NCBI GenBank assembly: GCA_963736605.1
Contig: CAVTPQ010000003.1
Location: forward strand, 469,064-533,063
Reading direction: 5' to 3'
Length of the DNA: 64,000 nucleotides
Origin: an uncultured Alphaproteobacteria bacterium
GTDB lineage: Bacteria; Pseudomonadota; Alphaproteobacteria; Rhizobiales; Xanthobacteraceae
Below, in pieces: positions 63,103 through 64,000 of the stretch. The position numbers and the translations under genes were made by a program. The notes below the pieces were generated by a model. That model made no database searches and was not told the DNA's origin. It saw only the letters and a list, made by a program, of their open reading frames with translations. Numbering within the stretch: the stretch's first letter is position 1; the number at the start of each line of letters is the position of its first letter.

Positions 63103-64000
63103 TGAGAAGGATGACCATTATTCCGGCGGCTGCGCTGGCGCTATTCGCCGGCCCGGCGCTGGCTCAGCAAAAGACGGTCAAGATCGGCTTCATCTCGACC
63201 TTCTCGGGACCCGTCGCCGCAATCGGCAACGACATGAAGAATTCGTTCGAGCTTGGGCTCGATCAGCACGGCCGCAAGCTCGGCGGCCTGCCGGTCGAGG
63301 TCATCTACGCCGACGACCAGCTCAAGCCGGAAGTCGGGGTGCAGAAGACCCAGGAATTGATCGAGTCCGACCACGTCGATTTCATCGTCGGCTATATCTG
63401 GTCGAACGTGCTGCTCGCCTCGCTCAAGCCCCTGGTCGATTCCAAGACCATGACGGTCGTCACCAATGCCGGGCCCAATCAGCTGGCCGGTGAGCTCTGC
63501 TCGCCGTACGTGTTCTCGACCTCGTGGCAGAACGATCAGACGCCGGCGGCGGTCGGCCGCTACATGAACGAGAAGGGCGTCAAGACGGCGTTCCTGATCG
63601 GCCCAAATTATGCCGCCGGCAAGGACATGCTGGCCGGCGTGCAGACGACCTTCAAAGGCCAGATCGTCGGCCAGGAGCTCACGCGCTGGCCGGATCAGCT
63701 CGATTTCTCCGCCGAGCTGTCGAAAGCGCGCGCCGCGAAACCCGATGCGATCTTCGCGTTCTATCCGGGCGGCGCCGGCATTCAATTCGTCACCCAATAT
63801 GTACAAGCCGGGCTCAAGGAACAGATTCCGCTCTACACCGCGTTTACCATCGACGACCTGTCTCTGCCGCGCCTCAAAGATCTCGCGGTCGGAGTTCCAG
63901 GCGCCCAGGAATGGGTCAACGATCTGCCCAACAACACCAACAAAAAATACGTCGCCGATTATCATGCGAAATATCACGCCTCGCCATCGTTCTATGGCGC
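63103..64000 (+). CDS. ABC transporter substrate-binding protein (LivK/branched-chain amino acid type); 3' end off the window
   Basis: My translation: MRRMTIIPAAALALFAGPALAQQKTVKIGFISTFSGPVAAIGNDMKNSFELGL...GPNYAAGKDM... The track lists only the antisense ORF. Confidence 0.85.

Noticed and set aside
63141-63977. 278-aa minus-strand ORF
   Set aside because: It is antisense to the clearly recognisable LivK-type binding-protein gene, which runs off the window and is therefore missing from the track.

Overview
High-GC alphaproteobacterial chromosome segment. Gene content (Bug/TTT binding proteins, DUF3551 and DUF1330 genes) and REP-type palindromes suggest a Bradyrhizobiaceae/Nitrobacteraceae-like Rhizobiales; the taxon is inference. 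I see about 60 protein genes and no rRNA, tRNA or CRISPR by eye. Backbone genes: otsB-GH15 trehalose genes, a PQQ sugar dehydrogenase, a ClC channel, a putative hydroxy-aromatic-acid catabolic cluster (8.4-15.1 kb), class I fumarase, an orphan Flp pilin, a class III adenylate cyclase, pncB-pncA NAD salvage, cspA, HIT, rpoD-dnaG, brnTA, yqeY, carA and a LivK-type binding protein. Unusual content: (1) An 11.2-kb ORF (27235-38403) encodes a 3,722-aa mosaic exoprotein with a FecR-like head, beta-helix tracts, PD40 propeller, L-type lectin domain, a ~600-aa unknown tract and an RTX-type tail; no secretion genes are nearby. (2) A visibly low-GC single-gene island (18.4-20.0 kb) carries an AlbA_2/Schlafen-like protein with an unknown C-terminal domain. 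(3) A lower-GC phage-derived remnant (41.1-45.4 kb) holds an XRE repressor, YqaJ exonuclease, ERF annealase, HNH-like ORF and a DUF5681 + unknown two-gene operon behind a double palindromic operator. (4) A convergent pair of unannotated small ORFs (15.7-16.1 kb) includes a leader-peptide-like 55-aa product. Also present: several decayed genes (Bug SBP, DUF4112, MFS relic, split ERF-HNH), a REP hairpin inserted in frame in pncB, and a DnaG that has lost all four zinc ligands. Many long ORFs in the track are antisense or out-of-frame artefacts of high GC.
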